Shown: one piece after another, positions 60,910-64,000 of the stretch
How positions within the stretch are numbered: position 1 is the first letter of the stretch
Layout: each line of letters starts with the position of its first letter
From: Alphaproteobacteria bacterium
GTDB lineage: Bacteria > Pseudomonadota > Alphaproteobacteria > Micavibrionales > SZUA-601
NCBI GenBank assembly: GCA_965246875.1
Contig: CBDFFU010000006.1
Span: 512,235 to 576,234, forward strand
Length of the DNA: 64,000 bases
Direction of reading: 5' to 3'
Notes under the pieces: model-generated
Told to the model about the DNA's origin: nothing
The model's database searches: none
What the model saw: only the letters and a program-made list of their open reading frames with translations
Made by a program: the position numbers and the translations under genes

Positions 60910-61442
60910 TACAAAATATTGGACATCATGATCATGTCTTTACGCTCGGCTCCAACGTTTTGCCAGCTACGCATTACGCCTTCTTTTTCGAAGCCCGCAG
61001 TTTCTGCTGCCTTGATAGAAGCTGTATTCCATGGTTCAATATTTAGTTCTAGTCGCGGAATTTTTAAATCATGTTGTGCCCAACGGACAATTTCTTTTAA
61101 AGCAACAGATATTGCACCTTGTCCTCTTGCTGATTGTGCAATCCAATACCCTATTGAAGCACGGCCTTCTTTGATGGTGTTCAATGATAAACCAATAAAA
61201 CCTATCGCTCTATCAGTTTTTGCATCAGCTATGGCGAACGAATAGCCTGTATTGTCTTCAAAACGGCTCCATTGCCGTTTGATATAAGCGAGACCTTCAT
61301 CATCTGAAAAGATTGCTGGTACAGTTGTAACCAGAGGAATAAGTGGATCAGCTGAGACTTCGCGAATAAGTTCAATATCCGTAACTTTGAATTGACGCAG
61401 CCGATAAGGAGAAGCGGATAACGTGGGAAATAGTTTTGTCAT
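60909..61442 (-). CDS. GNAT N-acetyltransferase (RimJ/RimL-like)
   Basis: LRQFKVTDIELI...IGYWIAQSARGQGAISVALKEIVRWAQ....RLELNIEPWNTASIKAAETAGFEKEG. Confidence 0.8.
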   Translation of the reverse strand: MTKLFPTLSASPYRLRQFKVTDIELIREVSADPLIPLVTTVPAIFSDDEGLAYIKRQWSRFEDNTGYSFAIADAKTDRAIGFIGLSLNTIKEGRASIGYWIAQSARGQGAISVALKEIVRWAQHDLKIPRLELNIEPWNTASIKAAETAGFEKEGVMRSWQNVGAERKDMIMMSNIL

Positions 61443-61591
61443 TCTGCTTCTCAGGGGCGGATGTTGTTGGGGAGGGAGTTGAGCATCACAAAATATTTGA
61501 CATCATAGTTATTTTATATTCGTTACTAGCTTTGTGTTGGGGAGATCGTCTTGAAAGCTTTTATAGTTTGATAAAGAGATGTTTTATCACA

Positions 61592-62539
61592 TTAAATAGG
61601 ATTGGGTGGTTTGTTACTCTGATATAAAATATGTTGTGGTTTGATTGACGCCATCGCTTCTTGCATAATCTTGCAAGCAGTGGGATGAAGATAGCGATTA
61701 GCAACAACAAATTCTGTTTCGTCAGCGGCAGTTAGTTTTAAAGGATTGCCATACATATCGGTGGCTAAATCGCCAGCTTCTTGCCGAATGAGAATACCAG
61801 CACCAGCGTCCCATAATTTGCGGGGATAGCCACATCCGGTAAATGTTCCTCTCAAGATATCAAGCCCACCACAGGCATAGGGACCTCTGGGACTTGCACC
61901 ATAAGAGGTAGCTGTTTTCACAACAGCCATATAGTGATCCCATGGTACAGATGCATCTTGTATAAAATGTGTGCGTTGCATGTCGCGCCTTTGATTGGGG
62001 CCATGCCACGGCTCTCCATTCAGGTAAGCGCCTTTGTCTTTTTCTGCGTAATAAAGCTGGTTGTACATAGGCGCATAAGTAACACCGCTTTGTATCTCAC
62101 CATCGTTACAATACGACAGGATTACACAAAAATCGTCGGATAAATTCAATATATTCGTTGTGCCATCAACCGGATCAACAACCCAAAATTGATCGCGGCT
62201 GTAATCGATATCAACTATTTCATTATTTTCTTCGCTTAAAATTTTGTCATCAGGGTAAAGACGTTTGATTGAGTTTTTGACATACGCATCGACTTCGGCA
62301 TCCGCTGCGGTCGCGAAAGAATTGATCCGCGCGTAAGAATGATTAAAATCATCATCGCTGATCGGGCCATCATAAATGAGCTTGGTATGAACATCAAAAT
62401 AATTATCATGTGTTCCTTGACGTTGTTTCATGACACGTGCGCGTAACAATTCACCAGCTTCATACGCGATCTGTATCGCGTGAATAGTCTTGGGATTAAA
62501 CGTTGAAAAATCATAATTGAGCTGGTTAAAATGTAACAA
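61592..62539 (-). CDS. Inositol monophosphatase-family phosphatase
   Basis: ILSEEN, WVVDPVDGTTNI, LWDAGAGILI. Confidence 0.75.
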   Translation of the reverse strand: MLHFNQLNYDFSTFNPKTIHAIQIAYEAGELLRARVMKQRQGTHDNYFDVHTKLIYDGPISDDDFNHSYARINSFATAADAEVDAYVKNSIKRLYPDDKILSEENNEIVDIDYSRDQFWVVDPVDGTTNILNLSDDFCVILSYCNDGEIQSGVTYAPMYNQLYYAEKDKGAYLNGEPWHGPNQRRDMQRTHFIQDASVPWDHYMAVVKTATSYGASPRGPYACGGLDILRGTFTGCGYPRKLWDAGAGILIRQEAGDLATDMYGNPLKLTAADETEFVVANRYLHPTACKIMQEAMASIKPQHILYQSNKPPNPI

Positions 62540-62630
62540 TTTAATCTCCTCTTTAAAAGCACTTGTAACGTAGTTGGAAAAAATACACCAATTTTTCTCA
62601 GTTATACATTTTTTGAAATTTCAGCTTGTT

Positions 62631-63491
62631 TTAATACGGTTTAATCCGTATTACAACTTTCTGTTCTGGGTCAAAATCATCCAGCACTTTGTCCATGATG
62701 CCCAGATTGACAGCGACTTCGACAGCATTGTTAAGAGTTTCATAAAGCTTGGCTTCATCTTTGGCAACGGTGAAACCGACTTTCAACAGGGCCGCGGGTT
62801 TATCGGACACGCGGGTAAGTTGACCGGGATTCGCTTTGGCAAAGCCATCACCATTTAGAACATCGGTCAAGGCAACATCGGCCTTTTTTGTCGTGACGTT
62901 CATTAATAACTGCGATGGGTCGGTGATGCTTGATAATGTCTGGATTTTTGCTCTTGGAAAAAATGTTCTGACAAGATCGATCGAGATATCGCCGTCAATA
63001 CCGATGAAGGTAATGTTTGGATCGTTCAAACTCTTTGTATCAGTGATCTTGGGGTTGTCGGGTGATTTGTAAACGTAAGCCGGCAACAGATTAAAAGGAG
63101 CGGTAAAGGACAATTGTTTGACAGCAGAGGCAAACCACGGACCATCTGCACAAACGGCATCGACCTTGCCAGATTCTAAATCTTGTTTTTGCATCCCGAG
63201 TTGAATTTCAGTAAACTTTAATTTCAGATCGAGAAGTTGTGCGATCTTTTTGATAGATTCAACGTTGAAGCCTTTTAGCTCACCGGAATTGATATCTTTA
63301 TCAATGAATGGTGGAAAAACGATCATGCCACAATTCAGCGTGCCTGTACGCATGACGCGGTCATAAGCGGATTCTTTTTGTTGAACATGTGCAACAACAT
63401 TGTTGTGCTGAGGCATTGTGATTTTGACTGTTGTATAAGCAGCAACAAGAGCGACGATGGCAGACAGCAAAACAATCGACTGGAGTTTCAT
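62631..63491 (-). CDS. ABC transporter substrate-binding protein (family 3, amino-acid type)
   Basis: Signal peptide, then GELKGFNVESIKKIAQLLDLKLKFTEI and DAVCADG, typical of SBP_bac_3. Confidence 0.7.
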   Translation of the reverse strand: MKLQSIVLLSAIVALVAAYTTVKITMPQHNNVVAHVQQKESAYDRVMRTGTLNCGMIVFPPFIDKDINSGELKGFNVESIKKIAQLLDLKLKFTEIQLGMQKQDLESGKVDAVCADGPWFASAVKQLSFTAPFNLLPAYVYKSPDNPKITDTKSLNDPNITFIGIDGDISIDLVRTFFPRAKIQTLSSITDPSQLLMNVTTKKADVALTDVLNGDGFAKANPGQLTRVSDKPAALLKVGFTVAKDEAKLYETLNNAVEVAVNLGIMDKVLDDFDPEQKVVIRIKPY

Positions 63492-63557
63492 GGAATCCTC
63501 AAGGGTTTATCTGACTCCATCTTGATAAATTATGCTTATTTATCAAGCGAATTGTGG

Positions 63558-64000
63558 TTAACTCAAACTCTTCTCACCCATCTTCAGAAACTTCTCAGCG
63601 CGTTTTTGTTTGATGGCGATGCCGGAGAGGGGTTGCAGTTCGTCGAGGCTGCTTTCGATGGCAAGTCCCACCCGGTGGAAAGCTTCTTCGCGCAGACGGT
63701 GCGCACCGCCCATGGGTTCTTCGATGACACTGTCAATGACGCCGAGTTCCAGCAAGTCGCGTGCGGTGAGACGCAAAGCGGCGGCGGCTTGTTTCGCGTA
63801 GTCGGCGCTACGCCACAAAATGGACGCGCAGCCTTCCGGTGAAATGACGGAGTAGATGCTATATTCCAGCATAAAGACACGGTCGGCGGCCGCGATGGCA
63901 ATCGCCCCACCGGACCCGCCTTCACCAATAACGGTGGCGACAATCGGCACCGGCGCGGCCAGGAAGACATCGACGCTTTTGGCAATGGCTTCGGACTGGC
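63558..64000 (-). CDS. accA: Acetyl-CoA carboxylase carboxyltransferase alpha subunit (C-terminal part; gene runs off the right edge)
   Basis: [46 protein letters not shown]...[17 protein letters not shown]. Confidence 0.9.
   Translation of the reverse strand, partial: QSEAIAKSVDVFLAAPVPIVATVIGEGGSGGAIAIAAADRVFMLEYSIYSVISPEGCASILWRSADYAKQAAAALRLTARDLLELGVIDSVIEEPMGGAHRLREEAFHRVGLAIESSLDELQPLSGIAIKQKRAEKFLKMGEKSLS

Overview
This is a chromosomal segment of about 50% GC by eye. Its gene content and local synteny look alphaproteobacterial. Housekeeping genes seen: cydAB, a CarD/CdnL regulator, gyrB, hemC, hemB, folD, pgk, clpP-lon-hupB followed by two tRNA-Val, metA, tRNA-Asp, nuoE/F/G/H/I, queH, rnhB, dnaG-rpoD, creA, a CAT-anticodon tRNA, lipA and partial accA. 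Family markers seen: Usg, ExoD and DUF2336. I found no rRNA, CRISPR array, transposase, integrase or prophage genes. Scattered through the backbone are visibly AT-rich orphan genes and one clear accessory island, a BglII-like type II restriction-modification pair just after rpoD. The points most worth follow-up are: (1) a roughly 150-nt intergenic element (51045-51188) with nested and interleaved helices whose G-U pair and GNRA loop only work on the minus strand, probably a cis-regulatory RNA in front of a lipoprotein gene; (2) a rhomboid homologue in which both catalytic residues appear to be replaced; (3) a CarD/CdnL gene with a 187-codon Lys/Ala/Pro-rich, histone-H1-like N-terminal extension; (4) a nuo operon that lacks nuoA-D and nuoJ-N here and is interrupted twice by cargo genes; (5) two secreted HExxH paralogues flanking hemB; (6) three disrupted genes (HAD hydrolase, DUF4385, MFS transporter). 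All family assignments rest on motifs I recognised by reading the translations. No database search was run.
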